This document shows, piece by piece, positions 9,671 through 20,435 of a DNA stretch of 64,000 nucleotides; the stretch's first letter is position 1, and every line of letters starts with the position of its first letter. Origin of the DNA: a virus. Location of the stretch: IMG/VR virus record IMGVR_UViG_3300043466_003163, positions 1 to 64,000 of that record. One strand, given 5' to 3'. The notes under the pieces are model-generated. The model made no database searches. It was not told the origin of the DNA and was given only the letters and a program-made list of their open reading frames with translations. The translations under genes and the position numbers were made by a program.

Positions 9671-11452
9671 ATGAAAAAACCATTAATAGAACAATTATCC
9701 AGAATGAAACATTTAATGCTTTTTGAAACTGGACAATATAAACCATTAGTTGAGGATGAAAATCCACCTGAAAATTCAACAGATAAAGTATATATAGATA
9801 AAAAAGTTGAGTTTGGTCCTGGTTATTATGATTTAAAAGGTAAACACACTGGTCGTAATAATAAAACTTGGGATTGGGATGTACCGTCTAATTTAAATCC
9901 TGAATTAGAAAAAATAAAAGAATTTTTACAAAAAAATCCATCAGGTTATATTGTAAATGTTAAATTATATGCAGGCGAATCTCAAATACCTAATGTTGAT
10001 AGAACAAAAGGTGGTGTAAAAGGTACTAAAGTCCAACCAGGATACTTATCAAAGGCTAGACTTAACGTAATAGAAAATTATATTACAAATGTTTTAGGGG
10101 AATGGAAAAAACAGGGTATCATCAGTTCAGACGTTAAGGTTGAAAAAAATGAACCTGTTATTGGATCAACTCCTTGGGTAGGGCAGGATTTTTGTCCTAA
10201 AAATAGGGCTGATGTGTCGACAGATCCTGAAGGCTATAATTGTTCAGATGAATTTAATAAATCATCAAGTTTTAAAGATTTAATAAAAAAATATACTGAT
10301 GAACAATATTTAAGAGTTGTGATGTCTGTAGATAAGGTAGAAGAAGTACCTAATGAAACACCACAAGAAGAAAAAAAGGACCCTATAGAATGTGCAGCAA
10401 GTTTAAAAATTAGAATATGGGTTAAGAGTCATAATTGTCAAAATGCAGAATTTTTTGTTTTTGCTAATTCAAGAGCATTAAAAAATGTTGCGGGTGGTAT
10501 GACAGCAAATTTGAATAATGCTAGTGATGATAGAGGTGTACCTAGAGTTGATTCTGAACCTATATTTCAGTCACAGTTTTTAAATCCTGGATACGGATAC
10601 TTACCAAATGGTGATGGTACGTTTAATTATAAACTGGGTAATATAAATGAAGATGGTGACATAGGTAAAGGTAGATCAGATACATTTATTGTAAGCGAAC
10701 AAGATGTTAAAGATATTATTAACGAAAATACAAAAGATAAATCTAAAATAAGTATATGGATGGTATCTACTACAACAAACGCGCATAAAGATATACCGAT
10801 AGTTACAATTTATTTAGGTGATGAAAAAATTTATGATGGTAAACCTAAAGTTGTTAAGGGTAAATTATTAACTATCGATATATGTACTAAAAAAGTTGTG
10901 GAAAGTAATGACGATTCTCAACCTGATATACCATCATTAATTAATAAAATTGTTAAAGAAAAAAGTGAACTACAAAATAAAAGTGTTTCAACAGGTAAAG
11001 TAAGTAGAAAACAAAAGAAAAAATTAGATCAAAAAGCAGTATTATTAGAAAAATCTGAAATTTTATTAGATAAAATGACATCTTTATTAACATTTCTTAG
11101 TAAAAATCTTAAAAAAGGACAAGAAATGTCTGATGAAGTTTATAAAAGGATTGAAGATGATTATGATTACTTTAAAAAGGAATTAGAACCAGTTAATGAG
11201 GATCAACCATCATTTAAGGCTGAGCTTTCTGATGGGGAAATAATCTTTAAAGATAAAACTATTAGAGATAATGAACTTTATGGTGATATAAGAATTGATT
11301 TAAATAAATTCTATAAAGGTTATATTGCAGTATACTGGAATCCTAAAACACAAGAAATTTCTGGAAGGAGAAATGGTAATGAAAAACAAATAATTACTGC
11401 AATGAATAAACCAGACATACAACAAGAATTTGGTTACCAAAAAATTGCTTAA
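9671..11452 (+). CDS. Large protein with a divergent OmpA-C-like domain
   Basis: LEKIKEFLQKNP..VKLYAGES..YLSKARLNVIENYI..EQYLRV; N-terminal leader LIEQLSRMKHLMLFE; ATATTTAT at 9641. Confidence 0.55.
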   Translation: MKKPLIEQLSRMKHLMLFETGQYKPLVEDENPPENSTDKVYIDKKVEFGPGYYDLKGKHTGRNNKTWDWDVPSNLNPELEKIKEFLQKNPSGYIVNVKLYAGESQIPNVDRTKGGVKGTKVQPGYLSKARLNVIENYITNVLGEWKKQGIISSDVKVEKNEPVIGSTPWVGQDFCPKNRADVSTDPEGYNCSDEFNKSSSFKDLIKKYTDEQYLRVVMSVDKVEEVPNETPQEEKKDPIECAASLKIRIWVKSHNCQNAEFFVFANSRALKNVAGGMTANLNNASDDRGVPRVDSEPIFQSQFLNPGYGYLPNGDGTFNYKLGNINEDGDIGKGRSDTFIVSEQDVKDIINENTKDKSKISIWMVSTTTNAHKDIPIVTIYLGDEKIYDGKPKVVKGKLLTIDICTKKVVESNDDSQPDIPSLINKIVKEKSELQNKSVSTGKVSRKQKKKLDQKAVLLEKSEILLDKMTSLLTFLSKNLKKGQEMSDEVYKRIEDDYDYFKKELEPVNEDQPSFKAELSDGEIIFKDKTIRDNELYGDIRIDLNKFYKGYIAVYWNPKTQEISGRRNGNEKQIITAMNKPDIQQEFGYQKIA

Positions 11453-11503
11453 TAGTATTTAAAAATATAAATTTTATTTGTAAACTTAAATAAAATTTTT
11501 ATT

Positions 11504-12760
11504 ATGAGTAAGATTAAAGTATTAGTTGTTCCAAGTGATAGAACAGGTGTATCATATTATAGATCAACAATTCCACACATTAAATTAGAAGAGTATTTCC
11601 CTAATGAATTTCATGTGGACATCGATTATGAACCACAATTAAACAGTGATGAATACCTAAAAAAATATGATTTAATACATTATCATAGAACATTAGGTGA
11701 TTATGATGATTTACCTAATCTATTGGAAAGATGTGATAAATTAGGTGTCTCAACTATTATGGATATTGACGATCATTGGTCACCAGGACCTGATCATCCA
11801 GCTTGGCAAATTATTAAACAACATAATTTAGATAAAAAAATATTTAATAATTTAAAAGTTTCTAAAAATATCACTACGACAACATCTGTATTTGCAAATG
11901 AAATTAGTAAAATTAATAAAAACGTGTTTGTAATACCAAATGCTATTGATACCGAAGAAAAGCAATACCAGAGTAATCCTGAAAAAAGTGATAGAATTAG
12001 AATAGGATGGTTAGGTGGTTCTTCACATATGAAAGATTTAGAAATTCTAAGGGGATTAATGAATAAATTAAAAACTGATGGGTTAATCGATAGAGTACAA
12101 TTTGTTCTTTGTGGATTTGATTTAAGAGGTACTATAACATTAATCGATCAAAAAACTGGTGAACAAAAACAAAGACCAATTAAACCTAAAGAATCTATAT
12201 GGTATCAGTATGAAAAAATATTTACTGATGATTATAAATTAGTGAGTGAAGAATATAAGGATTTTTTATTATCTTTTGAGAATAAAGAATATGAAAACTT
12301 TAAAAATGAACCATATAGAAGAGTTTGGACTAAACCTATAACTTCATACGCAACAAATTACAATTTATTTGATATATCATTAGCTCCATTAAAAGAAAGT
12401 ACATTTAATAAGGTTAAATCCCAATTAAAAGTGATAGAAGCTGGATTTCATAAAAAGGTTATAATTGCACAAGATTTTGGACCATACCAAATAGATATTG
12501 TAGAATCATATGAAAAAGGTGGAACAATAAATGAAAATGGTAATGGATTTTTAGTTTCAAGTGCAAAAAATCATAAATTGTGGTATTCACATATTAAAAG
12601 ATTAATAGAGAATCCTGAATTAATTACAAAATTAGGTGAAAATTTATATAATTCTGTAAATGGTAAATACGATATGAAAACAGTATGTGCACAAAGAAGA
12701 GACTTATATAAAAAATTAGTATCTGAAAAAAAAAGTGTGGAATTTGACTTAGTAAAATAA
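11504..12760 (+). CDS. Glycosyltransferase, GT-B/GT4-like
   Basis: MDIDDHW, VIPNAID, RIGWLGGSSH, DISLAPL..FNKVKSQLKVIEAG. Confidence 0.85.
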   Translation: MSKIKVLVVPSDRTGVSYYRSTIPHIKLEEYFPNEFHVDIDYEPQLNSDEYLKKYDLIHYHRTLGDYDDLPNLLERCDKLGVSTIMDIDDHWSPGPDHPAWQIIKQHNLDKKIFNNLKVSKNITTTTSVFANEISKINKNVFVIPNAIDTEEKQYQSNPEKSDRIRIGWLGGSSHMKDLEILRGLMNKLKTDGLIDRVQFVLCGFDLRGTITLIDQKTGEQKQRPIKPKESIWYQYEKIFTDDYKLVSEEYKDFLLSFENKEYENFKNEPYRRVWTKPITSYATNYNLFDISLAPLKESTFNKVKSQLKVIEAGFHKKVIIAQDFGPYQIDIVESYEKGGTINENGNGFLVSSAKNHKLWYSHIKRLIENPELITKLGENLYNSVNGKYDMKTVCAQRRDLYKKLVSEKKSVEFDLVK

Positions 12761-12788
12761 ATTCCTTATTTTTAATAAAAATATAAAT

Positions 12789-13352
12789 ATGGAATTGAAA
12801 GATAAAATTTTAAAGAACAGAGAAAAGTTCGAAAAAACTAATAAAATTCATAACATACTTAATGATGGATTATTAAAATTTTTAGGTGAAGATTTATTTA
12901 CTGCACCCGCATCTAATATGGAAAGTATGTATAATGCGTATCCTGGTGGGTTAATAGATCACATTTTAAAAGTTACTAAGTACACTTTATTTTTAAATGA
13001 TAGTTTACCTGAAAATATTAGATTAAAAAAAGAATCAATTATTAAAGTTTGTTTCTTACACCAAATAGGTAAAACCAAATTATTTAAATTTTGTGAATCT
13101 GAATGGCATAGAAAAAATACTGGTAAAGTATACGATTTTAATGAAGAGTTAATTTCTATGAGGGTTGGTGAACGTTCAGCATATTACGCATTGAGTTATG
13201 GAGTTGAATTAACTGAAGAAGAATACCAATCAATAATAAATTTCGATAAACCTGATGATGATAAACAATCAAAATGGTATGGTAGTATTTTGTCTACTAT
13301 ATTGAGACAAGGAAATGAATTATCAATAATAGAATGTAAAAATAATAAATAA
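12789..13352 (+). CDS. HD-domain-like protein with HD replaced by HQ
   Basis: APAS..AYPGGLIDH..FLHQIGK resembles YhaM-type HD proteins (H...HDIGK). Confidence 0.7.
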   Translation: MELKDKILKNREKFEKTNKIHNILNDGLLKFLGEDLFTAPASNMESMYNAYPGGLIDHILKVTKYTLFLNDSLPENIRLKKESIIKVCFLHQIGKTKLFKFCESEWHRKNTGKVYDFNEELISMRVGERSAYYALSYGVELTEEEYQSIINFDKPDDDKQSKWYGSILSTILRQGNELSIIECKNNK

Positions 13353-13945
13353 TGAATATAAACGATAATGAAAACAACTCATTTGATGGTGAACTTATGA
13401 ATAGTTTAGAGGAACTTAAAACATTAATGTCACAAGTTGAGATGTTAAATTCACCAGAAAATAATTTTGTTACTTTTGAAAATGATTTATTTGATTTTAA
13501 GATTAAAACTAAATTTATAAATAATTCTAATAATCCTGATCCTGAATACGCTAAGGTTGGGGATAGTGGATTTGATTTAAGAGCATATATAGAAGAACCT
13601 ATAACTCTAAAATCATTAGAGAGAAGACTTATACCAACAGGTTTAAAATTTGAATTATCTCCTAATACAGAATTACAAGTGAGACCTAGAAGTGGTATGG
13701 CATTAAAACATGGTATTTCTGTATTAAACACACCAGGAACAGTAGATGAAGGTTATAGGGGAGATGTTGGAATAATCGTAATTAATTTAAGTAACGAAGA
13801 ATACACTATACAACCAGGAGATAGAATCGCACAAGGTGTAATTATGAATGTAGTTGGGCAAGGTATTAGTCAACTACTTAAAGTAAATAATTTAAATGAT
13901 AGTGAAAGAGGTGATGGAGGATTTGGGTCAACAGGTAAACAATAA
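13352..13945 (+). CDS. dut: Trimeric dUTPase with an N-terminal extension
   Basis: SGFDL, RPRSG, GTVDEGYRG, GDRIAQ, RGDGGFGSTG motifs I-V. Confidence 0.95.
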   Translation: MNINDNENNSFDGELMNSLEELKTLMSQVEMLNSPENNFVTFENDLFDFKIKTKFINNSNNPDPEYAKVGDSGFDLRAYIEEPITLKSLERRLIPTGLKFELSPNTELQVRPRSGMALKHGISVLNTPGTVDEGYRGDVGIIVINLSNEEYTIQPGDRIAQGVIMNVVGQGISQLLKVNNLNDSERGDGGFGSTGKQ

Positions 13946-13956
13946 AAATTAAGAAT

Positions 13957-14160
13957 ATGACTAAAGAAAGAACACTAAATGAATTAAGACAAGAAAAAGA
14001 ATATGGGTACAAGGTACCTGTAACTAAAGTTAATTATTATTATCAAAATAATATTAATTTGGATTCTCAGTATATTATTGAATTAATAGAACTTTACCCT
14101 AATGATCAAGATTTAGGTAAACAAATAAGAAAATATTTTTTAGAGTTAAAAAATGATTAG
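13957..14160 (+). CDS. Small hypothetical protein
   Basis: 67-aa ORF overlapping the next start; YPNDQDLG motif. Confidence 0.65.
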   Translation: MTKERTLNELRQEKEYGYKVPVTKVNYYYQNNINLDSQYIIELIELYPNDQDLGKQIRKYFLELKND

Positions 14161-15556
14161 TGTAGTTTTTTCTACAAGAGTAGATAATCCGAACCATAAA
14201 GAACATATAGAAAAAACCTCTGGTATCCATAAAGGGCTGGAGGTTATTCAGTTTATAAATAATGGAGAATTTTCTTTAACGGAACTATATAATAAAGCCT
14301 TAAAAGAAACTACAAACGATATTGTAGTTTTTTGTCATGATGACGTTATTATTGAAACTAATAATTGGGGTAACAAAATTATAAACCATTTTAAAAGGAA
14401 TAGTGAATATGGTATTTTAGGAAAAGCGGGTACTAAATATATGCCTAAATCTGGTATGTGGTGGGATGTCGGCATGACTGAAGTTGTAGGACAAGTATAC
14501 CATCAACACGGAGATCAAAAATGGTTATCACAATATAGTGAATCGTTTGGTAATAAAATAGATGATACAATAATAGTAGATGGTTTATTTTTTGCAATCA
14601 ATAAAAAAAATATTAAAACTGAATTTGATGAAAGTATAAAAGGTTTTCATTTTTATGAAGTTGATTTTTGTTTTAATAATTTTTTAAAAGGTGTTAAAGT
14701 AGGTATAATTAGTGATATTTCTATTACACATTTATCTATTGGAGTAACTAATCAACAGTGGGATGAAAATAGAAAACAATTTGTAGAGAAATATAAAGAA
14801 AATTTACCTCAAATTATTCCGTATAGATATAATATTAATAAAATTAAAAAGGATGAACCACTAGTATCTATTTTGATGCCGATTTATAACTATGGTAATA
14901 GAATTAATCAAACATTGAAATCCATATTTAATCAAGATTATACTAATTATGAGATTATATTGGTTGACGATGGTTCTACAGATGAATATGTAAAACTAAA
15001 ACTTAAACAATTAGAGTCTGTAGAAAGAATTAAAGTTATATATAAAGATAACGGTGGACCTTCTTCCGCAAGAAATGAGGCATTTAAACACTCAAAAGGG
15101 GAATATATTTTACCATTAGATTCTGATGATATGATTAAACCAGAATATTTAAAAACTTGTGTTAATATATTAAGAAACAATGAAAATATAAGTCCAGTAT
15201 ATTGTGATACACAACATATAGGTCAAATGAATGGGGTAGAAAAAAGACCTGAATGGACAAAAGAAAGATTAGTGCAGGGACCATTTATTGTAAATTGTTC
15301 TATGTTTCATAGAAAATCATTTGAGGTAGTTAATGGTTATGATGAATCATTATTTGGTTGGGAAGACTATGATATGTGGATAAGAATGATGAAATCGGGA
15401 TACGTTGGTAAAAGGATACCTAAACCTTTATTTATTTATTTCCATCATGAAAAAGATGGAACTGTATCTACAGAAGCAAATAAAAATCATATGGAATTAT
15501 ATCAAAAGATAATACATAAAAATTTTGATGTAGTAGATAATAAAATAGTTGTATGA
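14153..15556 (+). CDS. Two-domain GT2-family glycosyltransferase
   Basis: N-terminal FCHDDV / GFHFYEVD domain; C-terminal VSILMPIYN, VDDGSTD, GPSSARN, LDSDD, WEDYDMW. Confidence 0.9.
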   Translation: MISVVFSTRVDNPNHKEHIEKTSGIHKGLEVIQFINNGEFSLTELYNKALKETTNDIVVFCHDDVIIETNNWGNKIINHFKRNSEYGILGKAGTKYMPKSGMWWDVGMTEVVGQVYHQHGDQKWLSQYSESFGNKIDDTIIVDGLFFAINKKNIKTEFDESIKGFHFYEVDFCFNNFLKGVKVGIISDISITHLSIGVTNQQWDENRKQFVEKYKENLPQIIPYRYNINKIKKDEPLVSILMPIYNYGNRINQTLKSIFNQDYTNYEIILVDDGSTDEYVKLKLKQLESVERIKVIYKDNGGPSSARNEAFKHSKGEYILPLDSDDMIKPEYLKTCVNILRNNENISPVYCDTQHIGQMNGVEKRPEWTKERLVQGPFIVNCSMFHRKSFEVVNGYDESLFGWEDYDMWIRMMKSGYVGKRIPKPLFIYFHHEKDGTVSTEANKNHMELYQKIIHKNFDVVDNKIVV

Positions 15557-16173
15557 AATTAAAAAAATATTTTGATAAAATTTATTGTATTAATTTAGAT
15601 CGGAGAAAAGATAGGTGGGAAGAATCCGACAAAGAATTTCAAAAATGGGGGATATCTGAGGAGATTGAGAGGTATTCTGCGATCGATGGTTCACAGTTAG
15701 AAAATAATTATAGTATTAATAATGGTGAATTAGGTATTTTAATGACTCATTTTAATTTAATAACAGAGGCGAAAAAAAATAATTTAAAAAATATTTTAAT
15801 CATTGAGGACGATATAGAATTTACTGACGAAATAAAAAATATCGACAAATATATGTCTTTATTACCTATTAACTGGGATATGGTATATTTTGGGGGTAAT
15901 CATAATAAACATATGGGTAAAAAAATAAATTTAATTAATGAAAATGTAATAAAATTAGAGGAGACTTATGGTATTCATTGTGTTGCAATTAATGAATCTA
16001 TTTATGATTTAATTTTAAATTTATTAAAATATAAACAAAAACCTGTTGATGTTTATTATTCAGATATACAAAAAACTTATGATTGTTATGGATTTAATCC
16101 TAGTATTGCATTGCAAAGGATAAGTTATAGTGACATTCAAAATAAAGTAATGGATTATAAATGGTTATTTTAA
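15553..16173 (+). CDS. GT25-family glycosyltransferase
   Basis: IYCINLDRRKDRW, SAIDG, GELG..TH, LIIEDD. Confidence 0.85.
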   Translation: MKLKKYFDKIYCINLDRRKDRWEESDKEFQKWGISEEIERYSAIDGSQLENNYSINNGELGILMTHFNLITEAKKNNLKNILIIEDDIEFTDEIKNIDKYMSLLPINWDMVYFGGNHNKHMGKKINLINENVIKLEETYGIHCVAINESIYDLILNLLKYKQKPVDVYYSDIQKTYDCYGFNPSIALQRISYSDIQNKVMDYKWLF

Positions 16174-16177
16174 AAAT

Positions 16178-16993
16178 ATGTTTATCACTTCACATCTAAT
16201 GGGGGGATTAGGAAACCAAATGTTCCAAATTGCCAAAGCCAAAACAGAAGGATTAATACATAATCTCCCTGTTTATTTCCGTTTAAATTCTTTTATACCA
16301 ATGGAAGGTAGGCAACCCATTAATTATAGAGATAATATTTTTAGAAATATTATATTTAAATCTGATTTAAACCCATTAAAAAGAATTAATGAAATTCAAT
16401 GGAATTATAATGCACATGATTACGTCATAAATGAACCAACAGAATTTTATGGATATTATCAGAGTAGTAAAAATTTTAAAAATTATAAAGAAACTATAAG
16501 AGATTTATTTTTACCTTCTACCGAATTTATTGAAAAAATAAAAAATAAATACCCTAAAATATTTGAAAGTGATTCAGTATCAATTCATGTAAGAAGAGGG
16601 GATTATTTAGGTGTATCAAGTATTTTACCTGTTATAAACAAATCTTATATAGACGAATCTTTAAGTACTATTGGTAAATATAGTCATATTTTTATCTTTT
16701 CTAATGATAAAAAATGGTGTGAAGAAAATTTAAAATATGAAAATTCTACAATAGTCTATGATTTAGAGGACTATGAGGAATTATGGGTAATTAGTTTATG
16801 TAATCACAATATAATGTCTAATTCTTCATTTTCTTGGTGGGGATCTTACCTTAATAAAAATATAAATAAAAAAATTTTAGCCCCCTCAGTATGGTTTGGA
16901 CCTAATGGAGAAAAAGAATACGAATCAATATATGAGAATGAATGGGAAATAATTAATACCAAATATAAAAATGGTGAAATAGTTTACATTTGA
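16178..16993 (+). CDS. Alpha-1,2-fucosyltransferase-like, GT11
   Basis: GGLGNQMFQ, GYYQS, SIHVRRGDY, NSSFSWWG. Confidence 0.9.
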   Translation: MFITSHLMGGLGNQMFQIAKAKTEGLIHNLPVYFRLNSFIPMEGRQPINYRDNIFRNIIFKSDLNPLKRINEIQWNYNAHDYVINEPTEFYGYYQSSKNFKNYKETIRDLFLPSTEFIEKIKNKYPKIFESDSVSIHVRRGDYLGVSSILPVINKSYIDESLSTIGKYSHIFIFSNDKKWCEENLKYENSTIVYDLEDYEELWVISLCNHNIMSNSSFSWWGSYLNKNINKKILAPSVWFGPNGEKEYESIYENEWEIINTKYKNGEIVYI

Positions 16994-17034
16994 AGATATG
17001 TGAATTATAATAATTTAATAAAAAAATAAAAAAT

Positions 17035-17652
17035 ATGTTATTGAATTTAGATAATTTAAAAGAAAAATATAACTTAGATATTAAAGGAGTATTACACATT
17101 GGTGCCCATGTAGGACAAGAATTTAAAACTTATCAGAGATTAGAAATAAAAAATGTAATGTTTTTTGAACCTATACCAACGACATTTCAAAAGTTAAAAG
17201 AAAACGTAGGAGATAATGCAATTTTAATTAATACGGCATTAGGTAATATGGTTGGTGAAGTTGAGATGTTTACAGAAACAATAAATCAAGGACAATCAAG
17301 CTCAGTATTAGAACCTGAACACCACCTAATCCAACACCCGAATATTCAATTCAACGGTAGACAAAAAGTTACGATTACTAAACTAGATAATTTCATAGAG
17401 AATAAAGATAAATTTAATTTCATTAATATTGATGTGCAAGGATATGAATTAGAAGTTTTTAAAGGTGGATCAGAATTTCTTAAAACAATTGACTATGTTA
17501 TGACAGAAGTTAATAGGGCTGAATTGTATAAAGGATGTGCCAAAATTGAGGACTTAGATAAGTTTTTAGGTGATTATGGATTCGAAAGAGTTGAAACTAC
17601 ATGGGATGGTGGAACATGGGGTGATGCATTTTATATAAAAAATAAAAATTAA
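17035..17652 (+). CDS. FkbM-family methyltransferase
   Basis: HIGAHVG, FEP, NIDVQGYELEVFKG, TEV. Confidence 0.9.
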   Translation: MLLNLDNLKEKYNLDIKGVLHIGAHVGQEFKTYQRLEIKNVMFFEPIPTTFQKLKENVGDNAILINTALGNMVGEVEMFTETINQGQSSSVLEPEHHLIQHPNIQFNGRQKVTITKLDNFIENKDKFNFINIDVQGYELEVFKGGSEFLKTIDYVMTEVNRAELYKGCAKIEDLDKFLGDYGFERVETTWDGGTWGDAFYIKNKN

Positions 17653-17665
17653 AAAATAAAGAATT

Positions 17666-18199
17666 ATGCCCTCATTAAATGAACAACAATTAAAAAATAT
17701 TTTAAAAAAAAATAATTTAGAGTTAAAAGACTTTAATGTTTTTTTTGAAACTGGTAGTCATATAGGTGAAACTATAAACAATATGTTAGATCATTTTGAA
17801 AAATTAATCACTATAGAAGTTTCTGAAAAATATTATAACATAGTAAAAAATAAATTTAAAGATATCCAAAAGGTAAAATGCGTCTATGGTGATAGCGCAT
17901 TAATTATGGAAGATGTTATACCAACTGAAAGAGAAGGAGTGATATTTTGGTTAGACGGCCATTATTCTAGCGACGATACTGGTAAAGGTATTAATGATTG
18001 CCCACTAATTGAGGAATTAAATGTCATTAATTCTAAATTCAAAAATTCTGTAATTATAATTGACGATTATAGAATGTTTGGAACAAAGGGCAACGAGGAT
18101 TGGACTAATATAACACAAGATAATGTCATTAAATGTTTTGACAATAAAAAAATTAAAGATGTTTTTTCAATAGATGATAGACTAATAATTTTTATTTAA
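17666..18199 (+). CDS. SAM-dependent methyltransferase-like protein
   Basis: FFETGSHIGET, TIE, GDS, FWLDGH, IIIDD. Confidence 0.75.
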   Translation: MPSLNEQQLKNILKKNNLELKDFNVFFETGSHIGETINNMLDHFEKLITIEVSEKYYNIVKNKFKDIQKVKCVYGDSALIMEDVIPTEREGVIFWLDGHYSSDDTGKGINDCPLIEELNVINSKFKNSVIIIDDYRMFGTKGNEDWTNITQDNVIKCFDNKKIKDVFSIDDRLIIFI

Positions 18200-18203
18200 A
18201 AAA

Positions 18204-19004
18204 ATGATAAAAGAAAAATTATATATACATGATACAATATTTAATCACGCAAAATCTAGCAGTTGGTACAACGATCCAGAACTATTTGATTGGGTTAGAA
18301 AATATGATGAAGATCATTTAGTATTTACAGATAAAACACTAAGTCAAGTTGATAATTTTCATAATAAAAAAAAATATGCATGGTTGCTTGAATCTCCTGA
18401 AATAACACCATTTGCATATAATTTTATTAAAGAAAATTATAATAAATTTGATTTAATTTTTACTTTTAGTAAAGAATTACTGGAATTATCTGATAAATTT
18501 ATTTTAATACCATATGGTGGATGCTGGATAGAAGAAAAAGATAGAATAATTCATGAAAAATCTAAAGAAGTTTCTATAATATTATCAGCAAAACGATCAA
18601 CTATTGGTCACATGATTAGGCATGAAATTCACCAAAAATATAATTATATTGATTCTTTTGGATATCATAATCCGATAGAAAATAAAATAACCGCATTAAA
18701 AGATTATAGATTTTCATTAATAATTGAAAATTGTCAAAAAGATTATTATTTTAGTGAAAAATTAATAGATTGTTTTATAACAGGTACCATTCCTATTTAT
18801 TGGGGATGTCCCTCTATAGGAGAATTTTTTGACATAAATGGTATGTTAATATTCAACAAAATAAGTGATTTAGATCTGATAATGGGTAAATTAAATGAGG
18901 ATTTATATCTTTCTAAAATTAAATCAATTAAAAGTAATTTTGAGGTGTCAAAAAAATATTTAGTGGCAGATAATTTAATTTATGAAAAGTTAAAAAATTT
19001 ATGA
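18204..19004 (+). CDS. Alpha-1,3/4-fucosyltransferase-like, GT10
   Basis: YRFSLIIEN..DYYFSEKLIDCF..GTIPIYWG is the GT10 motif. Confidence 0.85.
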   Translation: MIKEKLYIHDTIFNHAKSSSWYNDPELFDWVRKYDEDHLVFTDKTLSQVDNFHNKKKYAWLLESPEITPFAYNFIKENYNKFDLIFTFSKELLELSDKFILIPYGGCWIEEKDRIIHEKSKEVSIILSAKRSTIGHMIRHEIHQKYNYIDSFGYHNPIENKITALKDYRFSLIIENCQKDYYFSEKLIDCFITGTIPIYWGCPSIGEFFDINGMLIFNKISDLDLIMGKLNEDLYLSKIKSIKSNFEVSKKYLVADNLIYEKLKNL

Positions 19005-19711
19005 AAAAATATTTAGTAAATTATTCAGATAAAACACATAAAAATTCGCAAATAGAAAACACCCGTTCCGCGTTAACAATTGGTGGTTTTGATGAAGTTT
19101 TTTCATTTAATTATGAAGATTTAGATGAAGAATTTATTTCCCAAAATAAAAAAATCCTATCAGAATCTAGAGGTGCTGGTTATTGGATGTGGAAACCATA
19201 TGTTATTAAAAAAGTATTAGATAAAATTGGTGAAAATGATATTTTAATGTATTCTGATTCTGGTATTTCATTCATAAGAAATGTTGATGAAATACTAGAT
19301 ATTATGGATAAAACGAATGAAAAATTATTACTATTCGAATTGGAGGATGTCCACCCTAACAAACGTTGGACTAAACGAGATTGTTTTGTCTTATTGGGAT
19401 TAGATTCTGAACCATATTTATCACAAAATCAGTTATTGGCTAGTTACATTTTAATGAGGAAAAATAATTTTGTTATAAATTTTATTAATGAATGGTTAGA
19501 ATATGCAAAAGACTATAGAATTATAACAGATTCACCAAATGAATGTGGTTTACCTAACTATCCTGAATTTGTTGACCATAGGCACGATCAAAGTATTTTA
19601 AGTTTATTAGGTAGGAAATACAATATAAAAAATATTCCCGATGTTAGTCAATTTGGTAATGGTAGAATGATTACATCTCAGGTATTTAATCACCATAGAA
19701 ATAGAAATTAA
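19001..19711 (+). CDS. Putative GT-A glycosyltransferase
   Basis: GYWMWKPY, YSDSG, HRHDQSILSLL; inside the glycan island. Confidence 0.6.
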   Translation: MKKYLVNYSDKTHKNSQIENTRSALTIGGFDEVFSFNYEDLDEEFISQNKKILSESRGAGYWMWKPYVIKKVLDKIGENDILMYSDSGISFIRNVDEILDIMDKTNEKLLLFELEDVHPNKRWTKRDCFVLLGLDSEPYLSQNQLLASYILMRKNNFVINFINEWLEYAKDYRIITDSPNECGLPNYPEFVDHRHDQSILSLLGRKYNIKNIPDVSQFGNGRMITSQVFNHHRNRN

Positions 19712-19712
19712 A

Positions 19713-20435
19713 ATGAAAATTAAATATGCTATTATGGGTTCTAACATGAACCCACTTTATTATGATTTTTGGCCAATAATATCTAAAACATGGAAAGAGG
19801 TTTTTGATATTACCCCTATTTTAGGTTTAATATGTGACGAAGATTCTGATTTTATAAAAGATAAGTATGGGTTAGTTAAAAAATTCAAATCTGTTGATGG
19901 TATTGATGATGGATTGCAATCCCAGATTGTTAGATTTTATTTACCTACTATATTAGATGATATCTCAGTAACCTCAGATATTGATATGGTTCCGTTATCA
20001 AAAAGATACTTTATTGATTTTATTAATTCTTTTGATGAAAATAAGTTTTATGTTATGACATCTGATAACCCAGAATGTCTTAAAAATCATGAGTATCAAA
20101 TGTGTTACAACATTGCAAAACCACAACTATTTAAAGATGTTTTAAAAATTGATGATTCATGGATAGATTTTGTTACTAAGTTAAAAAATTTAGGACTCGG
20201 GTGGACAACTGATCAGCGTTATTTATATGATATGGTAAATACATATACTAATAAAGAAAATATTGTTTTATTAAACAGAGGATTTAGTGGTTTTGCACAT
20301 AATAGAATTGATAGGGCGATATGGCAATATGATGTTAATGGGGTTAAAAATGGAAATTATATCGATTCACATTTACTCAGACCTTATCAACAGTATAAGA
20401 CAGAAATCGATAATTTAATTAATTTGTTATATTAA
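19713..20435 (+). CDS. Putative GT-A glycosyltransferase
   Basis: TSDIDM (DxD), WTTDQ, DSH; inside the glycan island. Confidence 0.55.
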   Translation: MKIKYAIMGSNMNPLYYDFWPIISKTWKEVFDITPILGLICDEDSDFIKDKYGLVKKFKSVDGIDDGLQSQIVRFYLPTILDDISVTSDIDMVPLSKRYFIDFINSFDENKFYVMTSDNPECLKNHEYQMCYNIAKPQLFKDVLKIDDSWIDFVTKLKNLGLGWTTDQRYLYDMVNTYTNKENIVLLNRGFSGFAHNRIDRAIWQYDVNGVKNGNYIDSHLLRPYQQYKTEIDNLINLLY

